Assembly (NCBI GenBank): GCA_963748195.1
Contig: CAVVHU010000001.1
Coordinates: 52,698 to 116,697, forward strand
DNA length: 64,000 nt
Source: an uncultured Chlamydiales bacterium
GTDB taxonomy: Bacteria; Chlamydiota; Chlamydiia; Chlamydiales; JAAKFR01
Direction: 5' to 3'
In this document: piece after piece, positions 48,799 through 59,065 of the stretch
Numbering within the stretch: position 1 is the stretch's first letter
How the letters are laid out: the number at the start of each line of letters is the position of its first letter
Made by a program: the position numbers and the translations under genes
The notes under the pieces: model-generated
The model's database searches: none
The model's input: the letters and a program-made list of their open reading frames with translations, nothing else
What the model was told of the DNA's origin: nothing

Positions 48799-51240
48799 TT
48801 GACATTTATTTTGACGGAACTCATGGATAAAAGAACGATCATATTTGTACTCTTGGTTGCAACCACATTCTTCGGCCTAAATTTTTTCTTTAGCTATCAG
48901 AGGGATGAAAAAAATCGAGAAATCATAAAACAGCAAGACGTTAAGAAAAAAGAAAAACTCGCTAAGTTGCAGGAAGAGTTCAAAGGACGCACGGTCGAAG
49001 CTTCCAGTTTGCCTATTGTGAAGTTGGAAACCGGTTCAGAGATCATCGCCTATGGAATCGATGACAACGGAAGCACACTTGCTCTTGCATGGGACTCAAC
49101 TCTCCCCGAATCGCTTACTGTAAATGGCAAGCCTCAAATTCTACAAACCGCAAACGTTGTACTTGGCGGGCCGGTCGTCTATGCCCCAGCCGATTTCCAA
49201 AACCTTACGATCGCCACGGTTCCGGAAATTGGGGCATATGATGTCCAACTCGTCTCTTTCCCTAAAAATAATTCCCCGGTAGTCACTTTAGGTGTGCTAA
49301 AAGAGGGAGAACTCGAAATCCCTATGGGCTCTTTAAATGAGAATGCTCTCGTTCTCTATAAAACCCCTCAAGGATGGCTGCCGCTCGGTTTTTATGAAGG
49401 ACGTTCAGGAGCTTTTGTAGAACTCCAAATGCTACCTGCGTTGACAGGATTGACACAACCCCTATCCATTTCTGCTCCAAAGGAAGCTGTCTCAAAAGAA
49501 CAGAAGTACTATGTTCTAGAGAACGCCTATCAGCAGCTCGTCTTCACAAATGTAGGCGGCGCGCTGATCGAGATCAACCTCCCGTTCAAAAGCGAAGAGG
49601 ATCCGCACAGTGCTGTCAAAGAGATTGGATTCGACCGTCAAATCGCTGAACAATCCCCTCAAAATGCGCGCTTTCCCGCTCATCCTTACTATACCCCAGA
49701 TTCAAAAGAAGAGCATCAGCCGGGAAAGGTAGGCGGCTACTACCCTCTCTTAAGACGGGGTATCTTCAATAATAAACCGATAGAGGTAGCTCCCCAATAC
49801 TATGCGCTTAACTTAGTCTCTGACTATCCCGAGATGGCGGAACTTATCTACGAAGTAAAAGAATTCACCAATGACAAAATTGTCTTCGAAGCGACACAGC
49901 CACATCGCAAGATCACTAAAATCTATACACTTGCGAAAGGAAGTGGGGGAGCTCCTTATATCCTCGATTTAGCCCTTAAAATTGAAGGCGATAGTCGTGG
50001 ACTTTGGCTCACCTCAGGGGTCCCTGAAGTTGAGATCATGTCCAACCACTCCTCTCCTCAGATTCAATACAGGGTCAACAGAAAAGGAAAAGGAGATGTT
50101 GAAAAGCTGTCACTGCCCAAAGGGCGTGAAACGGTGACTGTGAGTTCAGTTTACCCCGACTGGGTTGTCAACTCGAACGGCTATCTCGGAATGATTCTCG
50201 ACCCGTTAGATGAAATTGGTGCCGGCTACCGCGCTTCAGCGATTCAAGGCACAACGCTTCCAACGCGTCTCACTGTAATCGATCCTAAATATAACCCTTA
50301 CCCAGCTACAAAGTATCCCGGATACCAAGTGCTTATGCCGATTCCAGCCAAAAGCGGGACTCTCAATTTTCGCATCTATTCAGGACCGTTCGAAGAGGGA
50401 GTCTTAAAGAGTGTCGATAAGACCTACTCCGATCCCGCAACCGGTTACAACCCCGATTATATCGCATGCCGCACTTTTTATGGCTGGTTCTCCTTTATTT
50501 CTGAGCCTTTTGCTAAAATCCTCTTTGTCGTCATGAAATTTTTCCATACATTGACGCACTCTTGGGGCTTTTCGATTATCTTGCTGACGATTTTCCTTCG
50601 CCTACTCCTCTACCCTCTTAATGCGTGGTCGATCAAGTCGATGCGTCGCATGCAACAACTATCGCCTCAAATCCAGGCAATACAGCAGAAATATAAAAAA
50701 GAGCCGAAAAAAGCGCAGATCGAGATCATGTCCCTTTATCGGGAAAAGAAGGTGAATCCTTTTACCGGCTGCATCCCCATCGTCATTCAAATCCCTTTTT
50801 TGATCGCGATGTTCGATCTTCTCAAATCCTCTTTCCAATTGAGAGGAGCGGTCTTCATTCCGGGTTGGATCAATGATTTGACTGCACCAGATGTGCTTTT
50901 CCAATGGAAAACACCTATTTTCTTCATCGGCAACCAATTTCACCTGCTCCCGATTTTGCTCGGTATTGTGATGTTTTTTCAACAACGCCTGATGTCTACT
51001 GCTCCAAAAGATCCAAACAAAATGACAGACCAGCAGAGACAGCAGAAGACTATGGGGACGGTGATGACTGTTGTCTTTATGGTTATGTTCTACCATTTCC
51101 CATCAGGATTAAACCTCTACTGGCTCTCATCTATGCTCTTAGGAATTTTGCAGCAAGTGATTACAAATAAGTTTTTGGATAAAAAAACTAAAGAACCTGA
51201 GGTAATTGTCCCTAAACATAAGAAAAAACTCGCAAAATAG
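48799..51240 (+). CDS. yidC: membrane protein insertase YidC (long form with large periplasmic domain)
   Basis: 813 aa. C-terminal 60KD_IMP core (...GCIPIVIQIPFLIAMF...). Upstream of dnaA. Confidence 0.85.
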   Translation: MTFILTELMDKRTIIFVLLVATTFFGLNFFFSYQRDEKNREIIKQQDVKKKEKLAKLQEEFKGRTVEASSLPIVKLETGSEIIAYGIDDNGSTLALAWDSTLPESLTVNGKPQILQTANVVLGGPVVYAPADFQNLTIATVPEIGAYDVQLVSFPKNNSPVVTLGVLKEGELEIPMGSLNENALVLYKTPQGWLPLGFYEGRSGAFVELQMLPALTGLTQPLSISAPKEAVSKEQKYYVLENAYQQLVFTNVGGALIEINLPFKSEEDPHSAVKEIGFDRQIAEQSPQNARFPAHPYYTPDSKEEHQPGKVGGYYPLLRRGIFNNKPIEVAPQYYALNLVSDYPEMAELIYEVKEFTNDKIVFEATQPHRKITKIYTLAKGSGGAPYILDLALKIEGDSRGLWLTSGVPEVEIMSNHSSPQIQYRVNRKGKGDVEKLSLPKGRETVTVSSVYPDWVVNSNGYLGMILDPLDEIGAGYRASAIQGTTLPTRLTVIDPKYNPYPATKYPGYQVLMPIPAKSGTLNFRIYSGPFEEGVLKSVDKTYSDPATGYNPDYIACRTFYGWFSFISEPFAKILFVVMKFFHTLTHSWGFSIILLTIFLRLLLYPLNAWSIKSMRRMQQLSPQIQAIQQKYKKEPKKAQIEIMSLYREKKVNPFTGCIPIVIQIPFLIAMFDLLKSSFQLRGAVFIPGWINDLTAPDVLFQWKTPIFFIGNQFHLLPILLGIVMFFQQRLMSTAPKDPNKMTDQQRQQKTMGTVMTVVFMVMFYHFPSGLNLYWLSSMLLGILQQVITNKFLDKKTKEPEVIVPKHKKKLAK

Positions 51241-51333
51241 TTCCATACGCGTTATGACGATAGTACGGCTCAGAAAATCATTGTCGACTTCAGGCTTTTC
51301 TGAGTAAGCACGATTAAAGGATACAAAAGTTAG

Positions 51334-52710
51334 ATGCGCGCTTGGGAAGAATTTCTCACACAACAAGAGAAAGAACTTGGCAAAGAGACCGTTGAGAAAT
51401 GGTTACGTCCGTTAAAGGTCGTTCGTTTTGATGCGTGCAATCTTTACCTTGAAGCGAGTGACTCGTTCAAATCTATTTGGTTTGAAGAGCATATGCGCCA
51501 CCGCGTGCAGACACGCCTCTATAACAATAATCACAAGCAGATCAAAGTCCATGTCACTGTCACTGCGGAACAAGAGGCGAAAAAACAGAGTAAAGTAACA
51601 CGCAAAAAGACGACTAATACTACGTTAGCACCTGCTCCTTTTCAGCTCAATTTTGATGAACTTGACCCTCAAGAAAGCTTCGATACATTTGTCACTTCTC
51701 AAAATAATCTTCTTGCTTACAGGCTACTGAATGAATCTTGCGGTGCGAGTTCCGATAAATCCGTTCAACTCTCTTTTAACCCTATCTACTTATTTGGGCG
51801 TTCCGGGACAGGAAAAACACACCTCATGATGGCAACAGCCAATCAAATGCGGAAGGCAGGACGGAAAGCAGTCTATGTGCGTGCAGAAACATTCACGGAA
51901 CACGTTGTAGGCGCGATCCGCAGTGGAGAAATGCAATCATTTCGAAAAGCCTATCGCAACGTCGATGCCTTGCTTATCGATAATGTAGAAGTTTTTTCTA
52001 GAAAAGGAGCGACACAAGAGGAACTCTTTCACACTTTCAATACACTGCATGTTGAAAACAAACAGATCATCCTAAGCGCTACTTGCCCTCCTCAGGAGTT
52101 AAAATTTATAGAAGCCCGCCTAGTGAGCCGCTTTGAATGGGGTATCGTGATTCCCCTTCAGATGCCCGGCAAGGAAGAGATGCGGAAAATCCTACTTCAA
52201 CGCGCTGAAAATATCGATTTCCCATTAGAGGAGACAGTGATTAATTTTCTTCTCGAAACATTTGGCAATAGCACAGCGGCTCTTGTTCGAGCATTAGAGG
52301 CGCTTGTGTTGCGGACCCACCTCAACAAAGGACTTGGGAAACCGGCAACGCTACCGCTCTCATTGAAAAACGCACAAAACTTCCTCACAGATCTCATTCA
52401 AGAAGAAGAGAGGGCTGTACTCACTCCGGGCAAAATTATCCGCACTGTTGCTGAGTATTATGGGATTCGCATGGACGATATTCTAAGCAAATCGCAAGCT
52501 CGCGAGTGCGCCTTGCCAAGGCAGATCGCCATGCACCTCTGCAGAGAACAACTGAACCTCCCCTTTATGAAAATTGGGGATATTTTTGCACGTGACCATT
52601 CAACAGTAATGGCCTCTATCAAACAGATTCAAAAAAGCTTGGATGCAAAAAATCAAGAGATGGTTGGTTCCTTAAAAGGGATCTTAAAAAAACTCGAGAT
52701 TCACACCTAA
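51334..52710 (+). CDS. dnaA: chromosomal replication initiator DnaA
   Basis: AAA+ Walker A GRSGTGKTHL and a C-terminal DnaA-box binding domain (...SQARECALPRQIAMHLCRE...). Confidence 0.9.
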   Translation: MRAWEEFLTQQEKELGKETVEKWLRPLKVVRFDACNLYLEASDSFKSIWFEEHMRHRVQTRLYNNNHKQIKVHVTVTAEQEAKKQSKVTRKKTTNTTLAPAPFQLNFDELDPQESFDTFVTSQNNLLAYRLLNESCGASSDKSVQLSFNPIYLFGRSGTGKTHLMMATANQMRKAGRKAVYVRAETFTEHVVGAIRSGEMQSFRKAYRNVDALLIDNVEVFSRKGATQEELFHTFNTLHVENKQIILSATCPPQELKFIEARLVSRFEWGIVIPLQMPGKEEMRKILLQRAENIDFPLEETVINFLLETFGNSTAALVRALEALVLRTHLNKGLGKPATLPLSLKNAQNFLTDLIQEEERAVLTPGKIIRTVAEYYGIRMDDILSKSQARECALPRQIAMHLCREQLNLPFMKIGDIFARDHSTVMASIKQIQKSLDAKNQEMVGSLKGILKKLEIHT

Positions 52711-52739
52711 GAGATAGCGTATGCGTCTAAAGATCGATC

Positions 52740-53639
52740 TTACTCGGAAGCTTCTTCATTTTTAGGCTTTAATTCCTTAGAAAGAGCTGACATCCCCATA
52801 AGCCCTCCTAACTGCATGGATTCCAGGGCTGAGCTCGGAACTAAGACAATCGTTGAATTTTGCTTTAACCCCTCATAAAGCATGTTCATCGCTCGCAAAT
52901 GCAAGGCAACTGGGTCATTCGTATATGTTTTCGCTGCCTGACCGAATTTCTCTGCAATCTGCCGCTCAGAATCACCCAAGATGACTCTCGCTTGACGCTC
53001 TCTCTCTGCTTGGGCTTGCATCGACATCGCATTTTCCAATGCAGATGGAATCAATACATCTTTTATCTCCACGGAGATCACCCTCACTCCCCATGGCTCA
53101 GTCCGTTCATCTATGATCTTTTTCAGTTCATCGCTGATCTTGCTTCTCCCCTCAAGCATGTCTGAAAGCATCGTTTTGCCGATGACATCGCGCAATGCCG
53201 TTTGCGAGGCCCAACCAATCCCACTTCGATAATCGGCAATCTCTAAAGCAGCCTTTTTGGGGTCAATCACTTGCCAAAAAAGCACCGCATCCACGTCAAC
53301 GGGCACGGTATCCTTAGTCAACGTCTTTTCCGCTTTAAAATCGGATGTGATCACGCGAATATCGATCCAATAAGAAATTTTATCGATGATGGGAATCACA
53401 AAGAACATGCCCGGCCCCTTTAACCTATAGAATTGGCCTAAACGAAGCACGACAACCCTGTCCCACTGTTTTGCAATGTGAACGGAAAAGGCAATAAAAA
53501 AGGCAAAGATGATGAAGAGGCCAAGAATCCAGACTCCATCATATTCAATTCCATAGACAAAATACTCCACCACTAACCCAATAATGACGGATAAGACAAA
53601 TAATAATTTGGCAATCGAGTTATTTCTCATATTCCCCAC
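52740..53639 (-). CDS. SPFH/band-7 (stomatin/HflC-like) membrane protein
   Basis: N-terminal TM plus SPFH domain. Confidence 0.75.
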   Translation of the reverse strand: MGNMRNNSIAKLLFVLSVIIGLVVEYFVYGIEYDGVWILGLFIIFAFFIAFSVHIAKQWDRVVVLRLGQFYRLKGPGMFFVIPIIDKISYWIDIRVITSDFKAEKTLTKDTVPVDVDAVLFWQVIDPKKAALEIADYRSGIGWASQTALRDVIGKTMLSDMLEGRSKISDELKKIIDERTEPWGVRVISVEIKDVLIPSALENAMSMQAQAERERQARVILGDSERQIAEKFGQAAKTYTNDPVALHLRAMNMLYEGLKQNSTIVLVPSSALESMQLGGLMGMSALSKELKPKNEEASE

Positions 53640-53751
53640 TCTTAAATCTTTTTTGTATTTAGAGCCAATCCTTTTTCTCAGCTGTGTTGACAGATTTTCG
53701 CATATGAATTATAATTCATCTCATAACGAATAATTATTCAAGGAAATACTC

Positions 53752-54219
53752 ATGAAAGAGAAAATTTCAGCTGAAGAGAGGCAGGCTGCGATCAATGAAT
53801 TGATCCAAAAACACGCTATCTCAGACCAAAAACAACTGGTCGACCTTCTCTTCACTCACTACAGAATTAGAACAAACCAAGCAGTCGTTTCGCGCGATCT
53901 CAGGCGCCTTAATATCGCTAAGAAGTTGCTCAATGGAGAGCTTATTTATGAAGCGGCAAAGCTTAACATCAAAGCTGAGATTCTGCGATTAGCTTTGATC
54001 GATATCAGTTATAATGAATCACTAATCGTGATTAAAACCCATACCGGTTTAGCCCCTTTTGTTGGCGACTGTGTAGATCGGTGCGAAGACATCGGCGTTT
54101 TAGGCTGCATCGCAGGAGAAAATGTCGTATTTGTGACCCCGAACTCTGTAAAAAAAATCGAAAAGACATACAGGGATCTCTGCGAACAACTCTACTTTAA
54201 AAAGGACAAGACGGTATGA
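53752..54219 (+). CDS. argR: arginine repressor
   Basis: Winged-helix N-terminus (..AVVSRDLRRL..) and C-terminal oligomerisation/Arg-binding domain (GDCVDR...GCIAGENVVFV). Confidence 0.8.
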   Translation: MKEKISAEERQAAINELIQKHAISDQKQLVDLLFTHYRIRTNQAVVSRDLRRLNIAKKLLNGELIYEAAKLNIKAEILRLALIDISYNESLIVIKTHTGLAPFVGDCVDRCEDIGVLGCIAGENVVFVTPNSVKKIEKTYRDLCEQLYFKKDKTV

Positions 54220-54926
54220 AAAGTTTCTTTTTTGGTTTGTTGATTTCATTTACAACTCTATACGCAAACCCTCTCATAGTAGGCACAAATGCTGAATTCC
54301 CCCCTTTTGCCTATATCGAAGAGAATGCGATTGTCGGATTTGATATCGATATCGCAAAAGAAGTTGGAGCAAGATTAGGCAAGGAAATCAAAATTGTCGA
54401 TCTACCATTTGATGCTTTGATTCCCCAGCTCGCCTTAAAGCGGTTCGATTTTGTTGCTGCAGGCATGACCTATACAAAAGAAAGGAGTAAAAGAGCGCTT
54501 TTTTCGAAACCTTATATCAATCAGGACCCCTTTGTGATTTGCACAAATAACAAAGAGCTCAACACTCCTGAAAGTCTTATTGGAAAAAAAGTTGTTGTGA
54601 TCGAAGGCTTTACTGCAGATCTATTCTTATCGTCTCAAAAGGGAATCGAATTGGTTCGCCTTCCAACACAAGCTGATGGGTTTATGGCAATTAAATGTGG
54701 AAGGGCCGACGCTTTTGTCACAGCTAAAAGCACTGTCGATGCTTTTGAGGCCGTTCATGATTCTAATCAATTCTACTCAACGATTCTTGATGGAACGGGC
54801 GATTCCTATGCACTCGTCTTTCCAAAAAGCAAAGCAACGTTGTTAGCTGAGGTAGAAGCTGTTCTCGATGCCATGGAAGAAGATGGAACAATAGACTTAC
54901 TCAAAACAAAATGGGGGCTTAAATGA
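54216..54926 (+). CDS. artJ: amino-acid (arginine-type) ABC transporter substrate-binding protein
   Basis: Signal peptide plus SBP_bac_3-like blocks. Part of the argR-artJ-permease-ATPase operon. Confidence 0.75.
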   Translation: MKSFFFGLLISFTTLYANPLIVGTNAEFPPFAYIEENAIVGFDIDIAKEVGARLGKEIKIVDLPFDALIPQLALKRFDFVAAGMTYTKERSKRALFSKPYINQDPFVICTNNKELNTPESLIGKKVVVIEGFTADLFLSSQKGIELVRLPTQADGFMAIKCGRADAFVTAKSTVDAFEAVHDSNQFYSTILDGTGDSYALVFPKSKATLLAEVEAVLDAMEEDGTIDLLKTKWGLK

Positions 54927-55594
54927 TCGATTTTCCCCTGATTTTAGAATCTCTTCCCAGCCTATTGCACGGTGTCCTTCTCTCTTTATTGATCACGTTC
55001 ATTTCAACTTCTATTGGGTTTACTTTGGGACCTATTCTCGGTTTAGCACACGCATCTAAATACCGCGCGGTTGCCCTTTTTGCCAGCATCTATGTGACGT
55101 TATTCCGCGGCACTCCCATGCTGATCCAGATTCTATTTATTTATTACGCCCTCCCTCAGTTAGGGATTAGCATTGAACCGATTTGGGCAGCCGGAATCGC
55201 TATTGGACTCAATAGCTGTGCATATGTCAGCCAAGTGATCCGATCAGGGATTAACGCCATTCCAAAAGGGCAGCTTGAAGCCGCACACACACTTGGGTTT
55301 TCGACTTTTGGTGTGGTCCGCTTTATCGTTTTACCGCAAGCGTTCCGCACGACTCTCCCCGCTTTAGGAAATGAGCTTGTAACCCTTGTCAAAGATTCTA
55401 GCTTAGCTTCCTTTATCGGTGTTATGGAACTCACTAAAGAGGCATCTGTTATCCGCAGTAGAACCTACGATGCATTTTCAATTCTTTTAGCTGTCGCACT
55501 CCTCTATCTCCTTTTAACTTCTACGCTTTCATTTTGCCTCAAATATTACGCAAACAAAGTTGGATATCATGCTGAAAATAAAAAATTTACATAA
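54923..55594 (+). CDS. amino-acid ABC transporter permease
   Basis: His/Glu/Gln/Arg/opine-family permease signature (...GTPMLIQILFIYYALPQ...). Confidence 0.75.
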   Translation: MIDFPLILESLPSLLHGVLLSLLITFISTSIGFTLGPILGLAHASKYRAVALFASIYVTLFRGTPMLIQILFIYYALPQLGISIEPIWAAGIAIGLNSCAYVSQVIRSGINAIPKGQLEAAHTLGFSTFGVVRFIVLPQAFRTTLPALGNELVTLVKDSSLASFIGVMELTKEASVIRSRTYDAFSILLAVALLYLLLTSTLSFCLKYYANKVGYHAENKKFT

Positions 55595-56282
55595 GTCAAT
55601 TCCAGGAAGGAAAATATTAAATAATCTCCACTTTGAAGTTGCGCGCGGCCAGGTTGCCGTCTTCCTTGGAAAGTCAGGCGTAGGAAAATCGACTTTGTTG
55701 CGCATTCTCAATAACCTGGAAACGCATGATTCAGGATCGATTCTCTTAAATGATACAGAAGTCGATCTCTCTTTAGTCAATCGCACGCATGCTATGGGCA
55801 TGGTTTCTCAACATTTCGATCTGTTTGACCACCTCAATGCAGAGGAGAACATCACGCTTCCACTCATGCATGCAGGAGGCATGACAAAAAGAGATGCCAA
55901 AGAGAGAGCGTACGCCCTCCTTACCCGCTATGGGCTACAAGAGCATATGAATGCCAGAATCCCTACCCTATCAGGTGGACAGAAACAACGTTTAGCCATT
56001 GCAAGGACAGTCGCTTTGAACCCTACAATTATCTGCTTGGACGAGCCGACGTCTGCTTTAGATCCTCATCACTCTTCCCAAGTCGCGCATTTAATCGATG
56101 CGCTTGCAGAAGAAAAGAGGATCGTATTGGTTACGACTCATGATATCCAACTAATTAAACGATTAAATTGTCATTTGTTTTTAATAGAGGAAGGAACGAT
56201 AATCGAAAATGCACCTAAAGAACTCTATTTCTCTAACCCCGCACTCTACCCATCGTTGAAAAGCTTTTTGGAAAACACATGA
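55560..56282 (+). CDS. amino-acid ABC transporter ATPase
   Basis: Walker A GKSGVGKST, LSGGQKQR, Walker B ICLDEPTSALD. Confidence 0.85.
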   Translation: MDIMLKIKNLHKSIPGRKILNNLHFEVARGQVAVFLGKSGVGKSTLLRILNNLETHDSGSILLNDTEVDLSLVNRTHAMGMVSQHFDLFDHLNAEENITLPLMHAGGMTKRDAKERAYALLTRYGLQEHMNARIPTLSGGQKQRLAIARTVALNPTIICLDEPTSALDPHHSSQVAHLIDALAEEKRIVLVTTHDIQLIKRLNCHLFLIEEGTIIENAPKELYFSNPALYPSLKSFLENT

Positions 56283-56506
56283 AAAACTCTGAAGATAGCA
56301 TTATTATTTACAAAACTTATGACTCGATCGAAGCAGACATGGTAAAGGCTCAACTTGAGAGTGAAGGGATTCCTTCCTTCCTCAAAAGCGACAACGCAGG
56401 CGGCATGCTACCCCAACTCACTGCAATTAACGGAATCGAAATCATTGTAAGAAAAGAAGATGAACAACGGGCACTACAAGTGATCCAAGACCGATTAAAC
56501 GCTTAA
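56279..56506 (+). CDS. DUF2007-like small protein
   Basis: 75 aa; ...IIIYKTYDSIEADMVKAQLESEGIP... pattern. Confidence 0.4.
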   Translation: MKNSEDSIIIYKTYDSIEADMVKAQLESEGIPSFLKSDNAGGMLPQLTAINGIEIIVRKEDEQRALQVIQDRLNA

Positions 56507-57192
56507 TTTGCTCCTAAAACCATAGAAATACGTTGAATAGAACTCTTGCAGTCTTGGATTGGCATCGGCAATATACGATGCTTCCAATCCCACCGTGCCT
56601 CTCCAGTTAAAAGCAGAAGCGACCCTGGGGTGAGGTGAAATTCAAAAGAAGGACCATCTTCCCGCTTAATTTCAAATCTCGCCTCTCCTTTAACATTTGT
56701 AATCGAAGTAAATTCCCCGTTTTCAGGGATGTCGACGTGGAATGGAAAAGCCGCTACTGTGTCTGGATTTGAATGGGAAGGGCGATAAACATTAAAAGTA
56801 AAATTCCATGCAAGCGGCTCTTTGAGCTTAAGCGAACGTACAGGACCTAACTCCTGAATACGCGGCACTAATTCCGTTGTGATGACAGGAGGTATGCCGG
56901 GCTGACTTCTAAAATATGCCAAGGAGTGACCCACCTCACCATAGCTTTCAAAGTATTGAGGATTTAGAATCTGGCCATCTTCCTTCCATTTCAGCAGCCT
57001 ATAGGTGCGCTCTTCCGGTAAATTGTGATTTTTTGAAATATGGACCTGCTCTTCACCAACTGGTTGAGAAACAATTGTGTTATGAAGAGCAAAAGCTATT
57101 TTTAACAGGCGCTCTTGCTCACTTACAGTATGAAAATTTTGTGAAAAGTAGAGCCCAGGTATCGCTGTTCTTGCTAATGCACGCGCACTCAT
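56503..57192 (-). CDS. AlkB-like Fe(II)/2-oxoglutarate dioxygenase
   Basis: HxD in FHVDIPENG and C-terminal GSLLLLTGEARWDWKHRI resembling the AlkB/ALKBH motif. Confidence 0.45.
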   Translation of the reverse strand: MSARALARTAIPGLYFSQNFHTVSEQERLLKIAFALHNTIVSQPVGEEQVHISKNHNLPEERTYRLLKWKEDGQILNPQYFESYGEVGHSLAYFRSQPGIPPVITTELVPRIQELGPVRSLKLKEPLAWNFTFNVYRPSHSNPDTVAAFPFHVDIPENGEFTSITNVKGEARFEIKREDGPSFEFHLTPGSLLLLTGEARWDWKHRILPMPIQDCKSSIQRISMVLGAN

Positions 57193-58179
57193 TTATACCA
57201 ACTCCATATGACGGCTACAAAAATCTTCATAACTCACTTTCAATCCCATTCTCAACGGTGTTTCCGGAGACCATCCCAAACTCATGATTAACGTACTATC
57301 ACTCTTTTTCCGCGGCGTTCCGTCAGGTTTCGACAAATCATGCACAAGCCTCCCCTCATACCCTACCACACGCGCAACTTCTTGAGCGACCTCCAAAATT
57401 GTATACTCATCGTTAGAACCGATGTTGATATGGGAGGGAGCGTCATAATGCCGCAACAAAAACAAACACGCCTTCGCAAGATCCTCAACGTAGAGAAACT
57501 CACGCCGCACTTTTCCAGTTCCCCAAATGACCACTTCAGGGCTTTTTGCTAGCTTCGCTTCGTGAAAACGGCGTATCAATGCGGGCAAAACATGTGCATT
57601 TTCAGGATGATAATTATCACCGGGCCCATATAAATTTGTCGGCATGGCAGAAATATAGCGGCAACCATACTGCTCTCGATAATGCTGACACAGCTTTACA
57701 CCAGCTATTTTAGCTAATGCATAGGCCTCATTTGTTTTTTCAAGAGGTCCTGTCAGCAACGCTGACTCAGGGATTGGCTGTGGAGCTTCCCGAGGATAGA
57801 TGCAGGTACTGCCGAGATACAAGAGGCGCCCGACATCGGCATGATACGATTCATTGATTAAATTCGCTGCAATCATCAAGTTTGTATAGATAAACTCAGC
57901 CGGATAAGTCATATTCGCATGGATCCCCCCTACTTTCGCAGCTGCTACGAAGACAACATCAGGGCGCTCATTTTGGAGATATGTTCGTACGGCTCTTTGA
58001 TCTGTATAATCGAGTTCTTTAGAAGTGGGGATGAGTAGGTTGTTAAATCCCTCGACCTTTAACAGGCGGGTAAAGGCACTGCCTACCATGCCGTGCGCAC
58101 CTGCTATTAAAATTTTGTGGCGGGGATTAAGGTACTGCATCTCTCTTCGCCTTAAAGTGATAAAAAATGAGAAGGGCAA
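57193..58179 (-). CDS. fcl: GDP-L-fucose synthase (GDP-4-keto-6-deoxymannose 3,5-epimerase/4-reductase)
   Basis: SDR fold: Rossmann KILIAGAHGMVGSAF, catalytic YxxxK (YALAK) and fcl-typical blocks. Probable start at the internal Met at 58140. Confidence 0.8.
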   Translation of the reverse strand: MPFSFFITLRRREMQYLNPRHKILIAGAHGMVGSAFTRLLKVEGFNNLLIPTSKELDYTDQRAVRTYLQNERPDVVFVAAAKVGGIHANMTYPAEFIYTNLMIAANLINESYHADVGRLLYLGSTCIYPREAPQPIPESALLTGPLEKTNEAYALAKIAGVKLCQHYREQYGCRYISAMPTNLYGPGDNYHPENAHVLPALIRRFHEAKLAKSPEVVIWGTGKVRREFLYVEDLAKACLFLLRHYDAPSHINIGSNDEYTILEVAQEVARVVGYEGRLVHDLSKPDGTPRKKSDSTLIMSLGWSPETPLRMGLKVSYEDFCSRHMELV

Positions 58180-59044
58180 TCCCCAGGATAATAAAAGGAA
58201 TACTCAAAATTTGTCCCATTGAAATAGGAGAGGAAGGGCCGGGCCATTCGCTTAAAGGTGTTTTGAGGTATTCAATCAGGAACCTAAATCCAAACACGAG
58301 AAGAAAAAACCACCCACTGAACAATCCGAGTCCGATGCGATCTCCCCGTATCCGCCATAATATATATAAGAAAATGAAGATGAGAAAATACGCGGCAGAT
58401 TCATATAACTGAACTGGGTGCAATGGAACGCCTCTCATACCATCAACTGTATGTTGAAAGATAACTCCCCATGGAAGTGTTGTCGGTATTCCCGTAATCT
58501 CCTGATTGATAAAGTTGCCAATGCGAATGCAACCTCCTGCAAATGCAGTTGGGATGACAAGAGTATCGAGCACAGCGAGAAATGTAAGACGGGGATACTC
58601 GCGACGGTTCCACCAGACAAAAATCAAGAGACCTACTAGGATCCCGATCGCTCCCCCATGGCTGGCCAGCCCTCCTTCCCACACCTTAAAGATATCCATA
58701 GGATGCTGTTTATAATAATGCCATCCGTAGAAAAAAACATGCCCTAGCCTCGCCCCTATGATCGTGCCTAAAATGACAAGCATGGCAAGCCGATCGGTAA
58801 GTTTGACAGCTGCAAGCTGTGTTTCCGCAAGAACCCGGCTCGGATCGGCCAAAAATCTAGCAAAAATTTTTCGGATTAAAAAATATCCTACTAAAAATCC
58901 GAAGGCAAAAAGTACCCCATACCAGGTAACAGGGTGTTCGATATAGGGAACGATAAAAAAATTTCTATCAGGATCCCAGATAAGATAGGCAAAATGCATT
59001 TCAAGTCCTAGAGAAAAATACCCCCTAGTTATATACTTGCCCAT
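58127..59044 (-). CDS. lgt: prolipoprotein diacylglyceryl transferase
   Basis: Multi-TM protein with Lgt signature ...GARLGHVFFY... and HPVQLYES. Confidence 0.8.
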   Translation of the reverse strand: MGKYITRGYFSLGLEMHFAYLIWDPDRNFFIVPYIEHPVTWYGVLFAFGFLVGYFLIRKIFARFLADPSRVLAETQLAAVKLTDRLAMLVILGTIIGARLGHVFFYGWHYYKQHPMDIFKVWEGGLASHGGAIGILVGLLIFVWWNRREYPRLTFLAVLDTLVIPTAFAGGCIRIGNFINQEITGIPTTLPWGVIFQHTVDGMRGVPLHPVQLYESAAYFLIFIFLYILWRIRGDRIGLGLFSGWFFLLVFGFRFLIEYLKTPLSEWPGPSSPISMGQILSIPFIILGIALLIFYHFKAKRDAVP

Positions 59045-59065
59045 AAAAAATTTTCAATAGGCGAT

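Noticed and set aside
51241-51333. yidC-dnaA intergenic hairpin (ctcagaaaa...ttttctgag) as a possible origin or DnaA-box region
   Set aside because: No recognisable TTATCCACA-like DnaA boxes nearby, and the hairpin lacks a T-tract. I could not support calling an oriC or a terminator from the sequence alone.
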